Assembly (NCBI GenBank): GCA_965277715.1
Contig: OZ255836.1
Span: forward strand, 960,001-1,024,000
Direction of reading: 5' to 3'
Origin: Gammaproteobacteria bacterium
Lineage (GTDB): Bacteria > Pseudomonadota > Gammaproteobacteria > JBCCGL01
DNA length: 64,000 bases
Both the position numbers and the translations under genes were made by a program. A model generated the notes under the pieces. It saw nothing but the letters and a program-made list of their open reading frames with translations, was not told the origin of the DNA and did not search any database. Positions 21,461-32,231 of this stretch are shown here, piece by piece (the stretch's first letter is position 1; every line of letters begins with the position of its first letter).

Positions 21461-22570
21461 ATGTTTAGTCGGCATGACCATGAGTGTATGAGCCTGGCTA
21501 TCCGCCTGGCCAGAAAAGGGTTGTTCAGTACCGACCCGAACCCACGTGTCGGCTGTGTTATCAGCCGGGATGATAAGGTGATTGCCAGTGGCTGGCACCA
21601 ACAGGCCGGGGGTGCCCATGCAGAAGTCTATGCCATCGATAATGCCGGTACTTCGCTTGTAGGCGCTACAGCCTATGTCACACTGGAACCCTGCTCACAC
21701 CACGGGCGCACACCACCTTGTTGTGAAGCACTGGCCGCATGTGGTATTGCGCGAGTGGTTGTGGCGATGCAGGACCCTAATCCGCAGGTATCGGGTGCGG
21801 GCATTGATTACCTGAGACAGCAAGGTATTCGGGTGGACTATGGGCTAAATGAACGCGAAGCACATGCGCTGAACCCAGGGTTTGCTTCACGTATGGTGCG
21901 CAATCGCCCCTGGGTACGCGTAAAGCTTGCCAGCAGCCTCGACGGTGGCAGCGCCCTGCAAAATGGCGTAAGCCAATGGATCACCGGGGCGGCGGCACGC
22001 CGGGATGGGCATCGCTGGCGCGCCCGCAGTAGCTGTATTCTCACGGGATCGGGTACTGTGAAAGCGGATAACCCTTCACTGACTGTGCGGCTTGAAGATG
22101 AAACGGTGTCTGCCGTCTGTTCAACCAGGCAACCACTACGCGCCATTATCGATAGCCAACTCGTTACTGATCCACAGGCAAAACTGTTCTCGCTCCCCGG
22201 TAAAATACTGATTTTCACAAACCATAGCAGTGACAAATTCTCCCATTTACCGGATGTCTCGGTGGTGGTCTGTAAGCAAACAGCGGCGGGTAAAATCGAT
22301 TTGCACGCGATCATGCATTACCTGGCATCGATTGAGATCAATGAGGTGCACGTCGAAGCGGGGGCGGGCTTGTGCGGTGCGCTATTGCAGGAAAACCTTA
22401 TCGATGAATTGCTTATCTATCAGGCAGCCAGTGTATTGGGGGCAAGCGCCCGCAGTTTGTTCGACCTGCCGGTATTCGATCAAATGCACCAACAAATCCC
22501 TCTGAGGTATCACGATGTGCGCCGCTTTGGTGAGGATCTTCGCTTAATTTTGCGGCCTGCGTTCCGCTGA
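21461..22570 (+). CDS. ribD: Bifunctional pyrimidine deaminase/reductase RibD
   Basis: PNPRVGC, HAE, TLEPCSHHGRTPPC, KLASSLDG..SQWITG. Confidence 0.97.
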   Translation: MFSRHDHECMSLAIRLARKGLFSTDPNPRVGCVISRDDKVIASGWHQQAGGAHAEVYAIDNAGTSLVGATAYVTLEPCSHHGRTPPCCEALAACGIARVVVAMQDPNPQVSGAGIDYLRQQGIRVDYGLNEREAHALNPGFASRMVRNRPWVRVKLASSLDGGSALQNGVSQWITGAAARRDGHRWRARSSCILTGSGTVKADNPSLTVRLEDETVSAVCSTRQPLRAIIDSQLVTDPQAKLFSLPGKILIFTNHSSDKFSHLPDVSVVVCKQTAAGKIDLHAIMHYLASIEINEVHVEAGAGLCGALLQENLIDELLIYQAASVLGASARSLFDLPVFDQMHQQIPLRYHDVRRFGEDLRLILRPAFR

Positions 22571-22585
22571 GGTGCTGAAAAGTTT

Positions 22586-23173
22586 ATGTCTACAATCTCT
22601 GTTATTAAGAAAGACCAGTGCATCTGCATCGCCGCCGACACCCTGACCAGTTTTGGCGATATGCAGTTGCACGCGGTAATGGATGCAAACCCCAATAAAA
22701 TCCAGACATTTGGCGACACCCACATTGGCATTGTTGGCAGTGCTGCGCATACACTGGTTGTCGAAAGCGCTTTTAACCAGGATGATTTTGATGCCGACTT
22801 TAGCAGCCGTCAGGCTATCTTTGAAACCTTCACTCAATTGCACGCCGTGCTGAAAGAGCGCTATTTTCTCAACCCTAAAGACGATGACGAAGACCCTTAT
22901 GAATCAACGCGCATCGACTGCCTGATTGCTAATCCCACCGGCGTTTATGCGGTCTACGGCTTGCGTGAGGTCTACGAATACCAACGCTACTGGTCGATTG
23001 GTTCGGGGGCAGATTACGCTCTTGGTGCTATGCACGCGCTCTATGATACAGAGGCCAGTGCAGAATATATTGTCAAAAAGGGTATCGAGGCAGGTGCACA
23101 GTTTAATAATGCAACAGCATTGCCGATGACATGCGAAATAATGTTTGTAACAGATAACAATGCGCCCTGCTGA
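22586..23173 (+). CDS. Proteasome-beta/HslV-like Ntn hydrolase (BPH-like)
   Basis: (M)STISVIKK..IAADT with Asp at position 17 after Met removal, NKI lysine, GIVGS, SIGSGADYALGA motif. Confidence 0.8.
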   Translation: MSTISVIKKDQCICIAADTLTSFGDMQLHAVMDANPNKIQTFGDTHIGIVGSAAHTLVVESAFNQDDFDADFSSRQAIFETFTQLHAVLKERYFLNPKDDDEDPYESTRIDCLIANPTGVYAVYGLREVYEYQRYWSIGSGADYALGAMHALYDTEASAEYIVKKGIEAGAQFNNATALPMTCEIMFVTDNNAPC

Positions 23174-23225
23174 GCACAGCGCCTGCCTAACGCCGATTTT
23201 AATACCCCAACCAGAGTTATTCACT

Positions 23226-23840
23226 ATGTTTACTGGCATTGTACAAAGCGTGGGTCATATCACCTCAATAGCGACGAAAGGCGGTGATCGTCAGCTTGGT
23301 GTCCACCTCGGCAGCTTAGATATTGCCACAATTGCACTGGGTGACAGTATCGCCGTGAATGGGGTTTGTCTGACTGCCGTTAAATTTGCCGATAATACCT
23401 TTCTTGCCGATGTATCGGTTGAGACCTTGAACCTGACAACCCTTGGCGCCCTACAACAGGGTAGCCGGGTTAATCTGGAGCTGGCGTTAATGCCAACATC
23501 ACGCCTTGGCGGCCACCTGGTCAGTGGTCATGTCGATGCACGCGGGGAGATCATTGCCCGCCACCCAGATGCCCGTTCGGAACGCTTTACTGTGCGGGTG
23601 CCGACATCGCTTAGCCGTTACATTGCAGCCAAGGGGTCTGTGTGTGTTGAGGGGGTTAGCCTTACCGTGAACAGCGTTGATAAGGACAGCTTTGCAGTCA
23701 ATATAGTGCCGCATACACTCCAGGCAACCACGCTGGGTGAGTGTGTGCCGGGTACGCACGTCAATATTGAAATCGATGTGATAGCCCGCTACCTTGAACG
23801 CCTGCTACCGTTGGCGCGTTCAGAAAAAGTGCCACAATAG
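23226..23840 (+). CDS. ribE: Riboflavin synthase (alpha chain; called ribC in E. coli)
   Basis: MFTGIV start, GDSIAVNGVCLT, GGHLVSGHVD. Confidence 0.96.
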   Translation: MFTGIVQSVGHITSIATKGGDRQLGVHLGSLDIATIALGDSIAVNGVCLTAVKFADNTFLADVSVETLNLTTLGALQQGSRVNLELALMPTSRLGGHLVSGHVDARGEIIARHPDARSERFTVRVPTSLSRYIAAKGSVCVEGVSLTVNSVDKDSFAVNIVPHTLQATTLGECVPGTHVNIEIDVIARYLERLLPLARSEKVPQ

Positions 23841-24069
23841 CCGTGGAAGTAGAAAGAAGCCGTATTTCAAGACAAAGTACGGTTACACGCATTGCTGAAA
23901 AAGACAGGCATTTATCCGGGTTTTGAATAAACCTGTATGCACCTCAAGATTAAAACTAATACAAATTTTCCGTGAACAGGGTTTCCCACCACTGGTGATT
24001 AAATGGCATTGCGCGTAAGCTTGCGCGCTGCTAAACAATCACCCAATAACCGATGAATCAACCGACACC

Positions 24070-25185
24070 GTGAATACTACCGCTGAACTGATTGAAGACA
24101 TCTATGCCGGTAAAATGGTGATTTTGATGGATGACGAAGGGCGCGAAAACGAGGGTGACCTGATTATGGCGGCCTCGCTCACACGCGCCGAAGACATTAA
24201 CTTTATGGCCAGTTATGGGCGCGGGTTGATTTGTTTAACACTCACCCGCGAACGCTGCCAGCAGTTGCGTTTACCGTTAATGGTCAACCAAAACCAGGCA
24301 GCTCACGGCACTAATTTCACGGTATCTATCGAAGCGGCTGAAGGCGTTACCACGGGTATTTCTGCCGCTGACAGAGCGTGCACTATTCAAACGGCGGTGA
24401 ATGCGCAGGCCAAACCCGAAGCGCTGGTTCAACCGGGGCATATTTTTCCCCTAATGGCACAGGCCGGGGGGGTATTAAACCGGGCCGGGCATACCGAGGC
24501 CGGTTGTGATCTGGCGCGCCTGGCCGGGCTGGAACCCGCCGCCACGATTGTGGAAATACTCAACCCGGATGGCAGCATGGCGCGGCGTAGTGATCTGGAG
24601 GTTTTTGCCGCGCAGCACCAGTTGAAAATAGGCACTATTGAAGACCTGATTCGTTACCGTATCCAAAATGAACGCACCGTTGAGCGCGTGGCAGAATCTG
24701 AATTTCCGACTAAACTGGGTGAGTTTCACCTTTATGCCTATCAGGATGTTATCGATAACGCGGTACATTTCGCGCTTGTAAAAGGGGATATCGATGCCGA
24801 AACCCCCATCCCGGTACGGGTCCATGTCGAAAATACCCTGGTCGATTCTCTGGGCGCTGCCTTTGGTGGCGGTTGGCCGATGTGGGATGCGATGCAAAAA
24901 ATCGTCGAACTGGGGACGGGCGTGTTGGTTATCCTGCGCAAGCCGGAAAACCCCGGCGCCTTGGTTCGCAGTATCGAACACTACAGAGTAAATAGGGGCA
25001 GACCGGAATCGCCCAAAGCGGATGATGATGCGTCACAAGCACCGGAAAACCTGCGCACCTATGGTATGGGTGCGCAAATACTCGCCGACCTCGGTGTGCG
25101 CAAAATGAACCTGTTAAGTGCACCTAAGATATTTCATGGTCTGGCCGGTTTTGATCTTGAAATTGTAGATTACATAACAGATTAA
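24070..25185 (+). CDS. ribB: DHBP synthase fused to a degenerate GTP cyclohydrolase II domain (RibBX type)
   Basis: [22 protein letters not shown]; C-terminal domain reads VRVHVENTL and lacks the Zn-binding cysteines. Confidence 0.92.
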   Translation: MNTTAELIEDIYAGKMVILMDDEGRENEGDLIMAASLTRAEDINFMASYGRGLICLTLTRERCQQLRLPLMVNQNQAAHGTNFTVSIEAAEGVTTGISAADRACTIQTAVNAQAKPEALVQPGHIFPLMAQAGGVLNRAGHTEAGCDLARLAGLEPAATIVEILNPDGSMARRSDLEVFAAQHQLKIGTIEDLIRYRIQNERTVERVAESEFPTKLGEFHLYAYQDVIDNAVHFALVKGDIDAETPIPVRVHVENTLVDSLGAAFGGGWPMWDAMQKIVELGTGVLVILRKPENPGALVRSIEHYRVNRGRPESPKADDDASQAPENLRTYGMGAQILADLGVRKMNLLSAPKIFHGLAGFDLEIVDYITD

Positions 25186-25217
25186 GAAATTTACCTAACA
25201 TATTGAAATATATAAAT

Positions 25218-25688
25218 ATGAATGAATCAAAAATAATCGAAGGCCACCTGCGTATCAATGCGGCCCGCTTTGCCTTACTGGTTGCACGTTTTAATGGTTT
25301 TGTCGTCGAGAGCTTGCTGGCAGGGGCTGAAGATACGCTTAAACGCAGTGGCATTGACGCCAGCGACATCACTATCGTACGGGTACCCGGTGCCTACGAA
25401 ATGCCATTGGTTGCCAATAAGCTAGCTGCCAGTGGCGACTATGACGCTATTATCGCCCTCGGTGCAGTGATTCGTGGCTCTACTCCACATTTTGACTATG
25501 TGGCGGGCGAGTGCAGCAAGGGCCTGGCCCAAGTGTCGCTTCAACACTCGGTGCCCGTGGCATTTGGTGTATTAACCACCGATACTATCGAACAGGCGAT
25601 TGAGCGTGCGGGCACTAAAGCGGGCAACAAAGGGGCAGAAGCGGCGCATACAGCGATTGAAATGGTTAGCTTGTTGCGTGCGCTATAG
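25218..25688 (+). CDS. ribH: 6,7-dimethyl-8-ribityllumazine synthase
   Basis: [30 protein letters not shown]. Confidence 0.97.
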   Translation: MNESKIIEGHLRINAARFALLVARFNGFVVESLLAGAEDTLKRSGIDASDITIVRVPGAYEMPLVANKLAASGDYDAIIALGAVIRGSTPHFDYVAGECSKGLAQVSLQHSVPVAFGVLTTDTIEQAIERAGTKAGNKGAEAAHTAIEMVSLLRAL

Positions 25689-26137
25689 TGTCATCGGCTT
25701 CACAAAAAACCTTTGCGCGTCGCCTGGCGCGAAAAAAGGCTGTGCAGGCACTTTATCAATGGGATTTATCAGGCACCGATATCCCCGTTATTATTGAGCA
25801 ATTCAAACAGTATCAGGACATGGTGAAAGTGGATCTGATCTATTTTGAACAACTGATACGCGGTGTGCCAAAAAACCTCGATATACTCGATGAGGAAATC
25901 ACCCGGCATATTTCCCGAAAACTGGATGACCTCGACCCTATTGAACGCAACATACTGCGATTGTGTAGCTACGAACTTAGCGAATGCATGGAGATTCCCT
26001 ACAAGGTCATCATCAACGAAGCCGTCGAGCTTACCAAAATATTTGGCGCAGAACAGGGGCACAAATTTGTCAACGGTGTTATCGACAAAATCGCCCGACA
26101 ACTTCGCCCGCTGGAAGCGGATCAAAATGTGCATTAG
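25688..26137 (+). CDS. nusB: Transcription antitermination factor NusB
   Basis: RRLARKKAVQALYQW, VIINEAVELTKIFG, KFVNGVID. Confidence 0.96.
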   Translation: MSSASQKTFARRLARKKAVQALYQWDLSGTDIPVIIEQFKQYQDMVKVDLIYFEQLIRGVPKNLDILDEEITRHISRKLDDLDPIERNILRLCSYELSECMEIPYKVIINEAVELTKIFGAEQGHKFVNGVIDKIARQLRPLEADQNVH

Positions 26138-26143
26138 CAGGCT

Positions 26144-26623
26144 ATGCGCACACTGACACTGAATGATCTATTGCACCATCCCGCGCATTTTCCCGCGCTG
26201 GGTTTTGGGGTGGGTTTATCACCCTGGGCGCCGGGTACGCTGGGTACTTTAATAGCGGTACCACTGTATTGGCTGGCAATGCACTACGCCATGCCTTTTT
26301 ATGCCGTTATCGTATTGATTGCCAGTGTTGTCGGTATTTATATCTGCGATGTGACAGCAAAAAACCTGGGCACGCACGATCACGGGGGCATCGTATGGGA
26401 TGAAATCGCCGGTTTTGGTGTAACCCTACTTTGGCTGCCTTTTGAGTGGCAATGGGTTGTGGCAGGGTTTGTGCTGTTTCGTTTTTTTGACATCGTTAAA
26501 CCCTGGCCGATTGCCTGGTTTGATCGGCATGTACAGGGCGGGCTGGGGATTATGCTTGATGATATTGTCGCCGGGGCGTTTGCCTGTGGGCTGCTGCATT
26601 TGTTTCGGGTGTTGGTCAATTAA
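26144..26623 (+). CDS. pgpA: Phosphatidylglycerophosphatase A
   Basis: APGTLGT, HDHGGIVWDE, FRFFDIVKPWPI, GIMLDD. Confidence 0.95.
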   Translation: MRTLTLNDLLHHPAHFPALGFGVGLSPWAPGTLGTLIAVPLYWLAMHYAMPFYAVIVLIASVVGIYICDVTAKNLGTHDHGGIVWDEIAGFGVTLLWLPFEWQWVVAGFVLFRFFDIVKPWPIAWFDRHVQGGLGIMLDDIVAGAFACGLLHLFRVLVN

Positions 26624-26636
26624 TACTTATTAATGC

Positions 26637-27218
26637 TTAAGGTACACAAACCCCCATCGCACCTAACATCCCGCACAGGCAAATCAGCGGCAGGCCAACA
26701 ATCGCCGTAGGATCATTTCCGGTAATACCTTCAAACAGGGAAATACCTAACCCTTCAGATTTAAAACTTCCCGCACACTGATAAGGTTGTTCTGCCTGTA
26801 GATAACGTTCAATTTGCGCATCGGGTAACGCCCTGAAAGTCACTTGGGTGCTCACCTGCTCCAGTAAATAGTGGTTGTTTGCTGTGTTGTAAACACAGAT
26901 TCCGGTATAAAACACAATGGTACGGCCAGAGGCAGCGCGTAGTTGCTCCACCGCTGCAGCGTGATTGCCGGGTTTACCGAGAATCAATCCATCGCGCTCG
27001 GCCACCTGATCGGAGCCAATAATCAAGGCATCAGAGTATTGCGATTGCAAACTGGCGGCTTTTTCGTGTGAGAGGCGCAAAACCAACTCACGCGCTGATT
27101 CTGATGGCAGTGGTGTTTCGTCGCAATTGGGTGCTGCTGTTGTGAAATCCAAATTGAGTCGTTGTAACAATTCAGCCCGGTAGGGTGAGGTTGAAGCCAA
27201 TACAAGCATGTGTTGCAC
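26637..27218 (-). CDS. maf: Maf family nucleotide pyrophosphatase (YceF-like)
   Basis: LVLASTSPYR, IIGSDQ, LGKPG, CAGSFKSEGLG. Confidence 0.93.
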   Translation of the reverse strand: MQHMLVLASTSPYRAELLQRLNLDFTTAAPNCDETPLPSESARELVLRLSHEKAASLQSQYSDALIIGSDQVAERDGLILGKPGNHAAAVEQLRAASGRTIVFYTGICVYNTANNHYLLEQVSTQVTFRALPDAQIERYLQAEQPYQCAGSFKSEGLGISLFEGITGNDPTAIVGLPLICLCGMLGAMGVCVP

Positions 27219-27361
27219 TCAATCATAATAAAAAGCGACACAGTATAGGCCTTACTACTCAGTGACGGGTAGACCATCCATTATCAGGATAAAAAGCACC
27301 TAAATAGTTGCGCAACTTATTAATTGACTGAATGTAACAGCACACATAGAATTAGCCGGTT

Positions 27362-27934
27362 ATGTTGAAGCGCATGCCTGTAGAACTGAATATCCCCAGA
27401 TTAACGGCCAATAATGCTTCTTTACGTGGGGGGATAAAGCTCAATCAGTTCAAACGGCTGGCCGATTATTTGCACACTCCCGGTAGCGGTGATCTCAATC
27501 TGGAGCTGACTTTTTCCAGCAGCCTGGCGGTTAACCCAAAACGGGCACATTTTATCGTGAGTGGGCAGTTTCAGGGGGATGTAAAACTGGAGTGCCAGCG
27601 TTGTACCGGGACAATGGATTTTCATCTGGCCGGGGCATTTGATTTTGTGCTGGTCAAAACCGAGGCCGACGCTGAAAGTGTTGGCGGAATTTATGAACCG
27701 GTTTTAATGGATGAATTCGACAGAATACGTAGCGTCGATTTAATTGAAGACGAGTTGATACTGCACATACCAATAGCACCGCGTCACGCCGATGGGGAGC
27801 AATGTATTGACGAAAGCTGCCTGATTAATACGCACTTGATTAACACGAACCTGAATAGTACCAACGGGAAAAACAACGACGAAAGGCCAGGGCACGCCCA
27901 TCCTTTCAATATATTGAAAAATTTAACAGTTTGA
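27362..27934 (+). CDS. yceD: YceD/DUF177 protein
   Basis: ECQRC, LIEDELIL, HPFNIL; directly upstream of rpmF. Confidence 0.9.
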   Translation: MLKRMPVELNIPRLTANNASLRGGIKLNQFKRLADYLHTPGSGDLNLELTFSSSLAVNPKRAHFIVSGQFQGDVKLECQRCTGTMDFHLAGAFDFVLVKTEADAESVGGIYEPVLMDEFDRIRSVDLIEDELILHIPIAPRHADGEQCIDESCLINTHLINTNLNSTNGKNNDERPGHAHPFNILKNLTV

Positions 27935-27947
27935 TTTGGAGTAAAGC

Positions 27948-28142
27948 ATGGCCGTACAACAACGACGTAAAACACCCTCCCGCCGTGGGATGCGCCGCTC
28001 GCACGATTCATTGAGTGGCAGCACCTTATCTATCGACCCTACCAGTGGTGAAGTGCATCGGCGCCACCATGTAACCAGCGATGGTTTTTACAAAGGCAAT
28101 AAGGTCGTCGAGACCGCCTCTGAAGACGACAGCGAAGACTAA
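27948..28142 (+). CDS. rpmF: 50S ribosomal protein L32
   Basis: [28 protein letters not shown]. Confidence 0.97.
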   Translation: MAVQQRRKTPSRRGMRRSHDSLSGSTLSIDPTSGEVHRRHHVTSDGFYKGNKVVETASEDDSED

Positions 28143-28202
28143 GCGCGTACGCGCTATTCTCTCTATTGATTAAACACCGTTTTATCGTTTTGTGGTGACC
28201 CT

Positions 28203-29213
28203 GTGAGTAACCCCGTCACCATTGCGCTCGATGTTATGAGTGGGGATGCTGGTGGAAATGCCACTATCCCCGCTGCGCTGGATACCCTTAAACGCCACGC
28301 AAATATCAATCTGCTGTTGCTGGGTGATGAAACAGAAATAGCGCAAAAACTAACCGGTGATTTCGATGCCAGGCGTATCGAGATTCAACATACCAGCCAG
28401 GTCGTTACCATGGACGATTCGCTGGCGCTCGCTTTGCGTGGCAAGCGCGATTCGTCAATGCGCCAGTCTATCAATGCGGTCAAACAGGGCAAAGCGGATG
28501 CCTGTGTCAGCGCTGGCAATACGGGCGCACTAATGGCCACAGCCCACTATGTATTGAAAACCCTGCCCGGCATTGACCGACCGGCGATCAGTACCTCAAT
28601 CCCCGCTATTCAGGGGCACACCCACATGCTCGATCTGGGTGCCAATGTTAACAGTACCGCAGAACACCTATTTCAGTTTGCCGTTATGGGTTCGGTATTG
28701 GCCAATGCCGTCGATAATATCAAATCACCGCGTATTGGCCTGTTAAATATTGGTGCTGAAGCAATCAAAGGGAATGATCAGGTAAAAGAGGCGAGCCGTA
28801 TGCTGAAAAACAGTGGTTTAAATTACTGTGGGTTTGTCGAAGGGGACGGCATCTTCTCGGATGCGGCCGATGTGGTGGTTTGTGATGGTTTTGTTGGCAA
28901 TGTATCGCTCAAGAGCAGTGAAGGGGTTGCCAGAATGATCAGCCATTACATGCGTGAAGAGTTCAGCAAAAACGTATTTAACAAGTTGGCAGGGCTTATC
29001 GCGATGCCCGTACTCAAAGCGTTTAAACAGCGTATCGATCCCAGGCAATACAATGGTGCCAGCCTGTTGGGTTTACAGGGCATTGTGGTCAAGAGTCACG
29101 GCAGTGCGGATGCGTTTTCCTTTCAACGTGCCATTGAAATAGCCATACTGGAAGTGGCAAAAGACATACCCAACCGAATTGATAGTCAGTTAGAAAAACA
29201 CCTTGTGAGCTGA
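28203..29213 (+). CDS. plsX: Phosphate acyltransferase PlsX
   Basis: ALDVMSGD, SAGNTGAL, DLGAN, VKSHG. Confidence 0.96.
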   Translation: MSNPVTIALDVMSGDAGGNATIPAALDTLKRHANINLLLLGDETEIAQKLTGDFDARRIEIQHTSQVVTMDDSLALALRGKRDSSMRQSINAVKQGKADACVSAGNTGALMATAHYVLKTLPGIDRPAISTSIPAIQGHTHMLDLGANVNSTAEHLFQFAVMGSVLANAVDNIKSPRIGLLNIGAEAIKGNDQVKEASRMLKNSGLNYCGFVEGDGIFSDAADVVVCDGFVGNVSLKSSEGVARMISHYMREEFSKNVFNKLAGLIAMPVLKAFKQRIDPRQYNGASLLGLQGIVVKSHGSADAFSFQRAIEIAILEVAKDIPNRIDSQLEKHLVS

Positions 29214-29216
29214 ACA

Positions 29217-30182
29217 GTGACGTATTCAAAAATAACAGGCACCGGCAGCTACCTGCCTGAGAAATGCCTGACCAACCATGATCTGGAGAAAATGGTCGAT
29301 ACCTCGGATGAATGGATTCACAGCAGAACCGGTATCAGCAAACGCCACATCGCAGCAGAAGGTGAGTTTACCGCAGACCTGGCCGAAGCAGCCGCTGGAA
29401 AAGCCATCGAAGCGGCGGGTATTCAGGCCAGCGACATTGACCTGATTGTCGTGGCGACCACCACCGCCGATAAAGTATTTCCCAGCACGGCCTGCCTGGT
29501 ACAGCATCGCTTAGGTATTCACGGTTGCCCGGCGTTTGATATTCAGGCGGTGTGCACCGGCTTTGTCTATGCCCTGGGTGTGGCTGATAAATTTGTCAAA
29601 ACCAATAGTGCCAAGTGTGCATTGGTTATTGGTGCAGAGACATTTTCACGCATTATCGACTGGACAGACCGCGATACCTGTGTGTTATTTGGCGATGGTG
29701 CTGGTGCGGTAATACTGCAAAACAGCGAAGAGGCGGGGATTCTCTCAACGCACTTACACGCTGATGGCGAGTACGTCGAGCTATTACACGTTCCCAAGGG
29801 CGTATCGCAGGGGTATTCGCTGAATCAGGAGGGGGCTTTTGTCACAATGCGTGGCAATGAAGTGTTCAAAATGGCGGTTAGAACGTTGGGTCGTATTGTC
29901 GATGAAACATTGCATGCCAACCACATGCAGAAAAGCGATGTCGACTGGTTAGTGCCGCACCAGGCCAATACACGCATTATCGAAGCGACCGCAAGAAAAC
30001 TTAAAATGCCAATGGAGCGCGTGGTGGTGACTGTGGCTGAACACGGCAATACATCGGCGGCATCGATTCCACTGGCACTGGATGTCGCCGTTCGGGATGG
30101 GCGTATAAAACGTGGAGAGGTACTATTGCTGGAGGGATTTGGGGGTGGCTTTACCTGGGGCTCAGCGTTGGTTAAATATTAG
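29217..30182 (+). CDS. fabH: Beta-ketoacyl-ACP synthase III
   Basis: AVCTGF, PHQAN, GNTSAAS, GGGFTWG. Confidence 0.97.
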   Translation: MTYSKITGTGSYLPEKCLTNHDLEKMVDTSDEWIHSRTGISKRHIAAEGEFTADLAEAAAGKAIEAAGIQASDIDLIVVATTTADKVFPSTACLVQHRLGIHGCPAFDIQAVCTGFVYALGVADKFVKTNSAKCALVIGAETFSRIIDWTDRDTCVLFGDGAGAVILQNSEEAGILSTHLHADGEYVELLHVPKGVSQGYSLNQEGAFVTMRGNEVFKMAVRTLGRIVDETLHANHMQKSDVDWLVPHQANTRIIEATARKLKMPMERVVVTVAEHGNTSAASIPLALDVAVRDGRIKRGEVLLLEGFGGGFTWGSALVKY

Positions 30183-30287
30183 TATTGAAAACTAATAGTG
30201 CAGCACATTCATCGCTCCCGTATAAAACTGTCATTCAAGTAATCAAGCAAGCCGCAAATCCCCACTGGGTTATGATCTAATCGCCCC

Positions 30288-31535
30288 ATGTTACAGCCTT
30301 ACGAAATTTATATCGGCCTGCGCTATACACGTGCCAAGCGCCGCAATCACTTTATCTCATTTATCTCCCTGATTTCTATACTCGGTGTTGCGTTGGGGGT
30401 GACTGCGCTGATCACAGTGATGTCGGTGATGAATGGTTTTGAAAAAGAAGTGCGCGAGCGCATTCTCGGTATGGCTTCACATGCGGAAATTTCCCTTCGC
30501 AATGAGCCTATGCACGATTGGCAAACCCTGTCTGATTCCGCTGACCAGCACCCTTTGGTAGTAGGCGCTGCACCCTATGTGGAAGGCCAGGTGATGGTTA
30601 TCAATGGGCAGCAGGTCAGTGGTACATTGGTGCGCGGTATTGATCCAGCGCTGGAGCCGCGTGTCTCTGATATTAACGAAAAAATGATCGAGGGGCGCCT
30701 GGACGATCTTGAGGCGGGCGAATTCAACGTGATACTGGGCGAGGCACTGGCCAGTTTTCTAAATGTTGCCCCCGGTGACAAAATCACCGTGGTAGCGCCG
30801 CAGGCCAATATTACCCCGGCGGGGGTGTTGCCCCGCCTGAAACGTTTCACCGTCAGCGGTTTATTTAAAGTCGGTATGTTTGAGTACGACCGCTCACTGA
30901 TGCTATTTCACGCCAGTGATGCATCAAAATTACTGCGCTTGAAAGGCGGTGTCAGCGGTGTGCGGTTAAAGCTTAACGATATGTTTACATCGCGCCGGGT
31001 GGCACGGGATCTGGCATTGGAGCTCGGTGAGCAGTATTGGGTGTCTGACTGGACCCGCAAACACGCCAATTATTTTCGTGCAGTGCGCACAGAAAAAACC
31101 GTGATGTTTGTTATTTTGGCGTTGATTGTGGCCGTGGCCGCTTTCAACATTGTCTCGACACTGGTTATGGTGGTGACCGATAAACAATCGGATATCGCTA
31201 TATTGCGCACACTGGGCGCCAGCCCGCGCAGTATTATGTTGATATTCCTGGTGCAGGGCGCTGCCATTGGTGTATTTGGCATGTTACTGGGTTTGGTGGG
31301 CGGTATATCGCTGGCATTGAATGTCGAAACGATTGTGCCGTTTATTGAAGAATTGTTTGGCGCCCGTTTCCTCGATCCCAGTGTTTACTACATCAGCACG
31401 ATTCCATCGGATATGAAAATGACCGATGTCTACCGGGTATCGGGTATTGCTTTTGTCTTGACCCTATTGGCCACCTTATACCCCGCGTGGCGTGCGTCGC
31501 GTACCGATCCGGCTGAGGCTTTGCGCTATGAGTGA
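30288..31535 (+). CDS. lolC: Lipoprotein-releasing ABC transporter permease (single LolC/E copy)
   Basis: [43 protein letters not shown]. Confidence 0.93.
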   Translation: MLQPYEIYIGLRYTRAKRRNHFISFISLISILGVALGVTALITVMSVMNGFEKEVRERILGMASHAEISLRNEPMHDWQTLSDSADQHPLVVGAAPYVEGQVMVINGQQVSGTLVRGIDPALEPRVSDINEKMIEGRLDDLEAGEFNVILGEALASFLNVAPGDKITVVAPQANITPAGVLPRLKRFTVSGLFKVGMFEYDRSLMLFHASDASKLLRLKGGVSGVRLKLNDMFTSRRVARDLALELGEQYWVSDWTRKHANYFRAVRTEKTVMFVILALIVAVAAFNIVSTLVMVVTDKQSDIAILRTLGASPRSIMLIFLVQGAAIGVFGMLLGLVGGISLALNVETIVPFIEELFGARFLDPSVYYISTIPSDMKMTDVYRVSGIAFVLTLLATLYPAWRASRTDPAEALRYE

Positions 31536-32223
31536 TTCTGCGGCGGTTATCGAGGCCCGACAACTGGGTAAAGCCTTTTTTGAAATGAAAACCACCGTCT
31601 CGGTATTGCAGGGAGTCGATCTGTCGGTGCAGGCGGGTGAGCGCGTGGCGATTGTCGGCACTTCCGGCTCGGGTAAGAGCACCTTGCTGCATTTGCTGGG
31701 TGGGCTGGATCAACCGACTTCAGGTGAGGTATTTGTCGACGGGCAAAACCTCTCTGCCATGAGTACGACGGCACGCGGGCAGGTGCGCAATCAAAAATTA
31801 GGATTTATTTATCAATTCCACCATTTATTGGCGGAGTTTTCCTGCGTGGAAAATGTCGCAATGCCATTGCTGATTCGCGGCGAGCCTGTTGTTATGGCGC
31901 GGGAGCGGGCGGAATCACTGCTGGAGCGGGTTGGACTAGGGCAGCGGCTGGTACACAAACCGGGTGAATTGTCCGGTGGTGAACGCCAGCGTGCAGCGAT
32001 TGCACGGGCGCTGGTAACACAGCCAAAGTGTGTGTTGGCAGATGAACCCACCGGCAACCTCGACGAGCACACCGCCGAACATATTTATCAACTGATGCTG
32101 GAACTGAACAACGAACTCGATACCAGCTTTATTGTGGTAACCCACGACACCCGATTGGCAAAGCGTATGGATAGAGTACTAACACTTTCCAATGCCCGTT
32201 TGGAGGGGGAACTGTCGGGATAG
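31528..32223 (+). CDS. lolD: Lipoprotein-releasing ABC transporter ATPase
   Basis: [36 protein letters not shown]. Confidence 0.95.
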   Translation: MSDSAAVIEARQLGKAFFEMKTTVSVLQGVDLSVQAGERVAIVGTSGSGKSTLLHLLGGLDQPTSGEVFVDGQNLSAMSTTARGQVRNQKLGFIYQFHHLLAEFSCVENVAMPLLIRGEPVVMARERAESLLERVGLGQRLVHKPGELSGGERQRAAIARALVTQPKCVLADEPTGNLDEHTAEHIYQLMLELNNELDTSFIVVTHDTRLAKRMDRVLTLSNARLEGELSG

Positions 32224-32231
32224 CCGCCCGG

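Noticed and set aside
23970-24005. cagggtttcccaccactggtg as an FMN riboswitch
   Set aside because: Only faintly like the AGGGCAGGGTGAAATTCCC..ACCGG core; the T-loop and all 3' conserved blocks are missing
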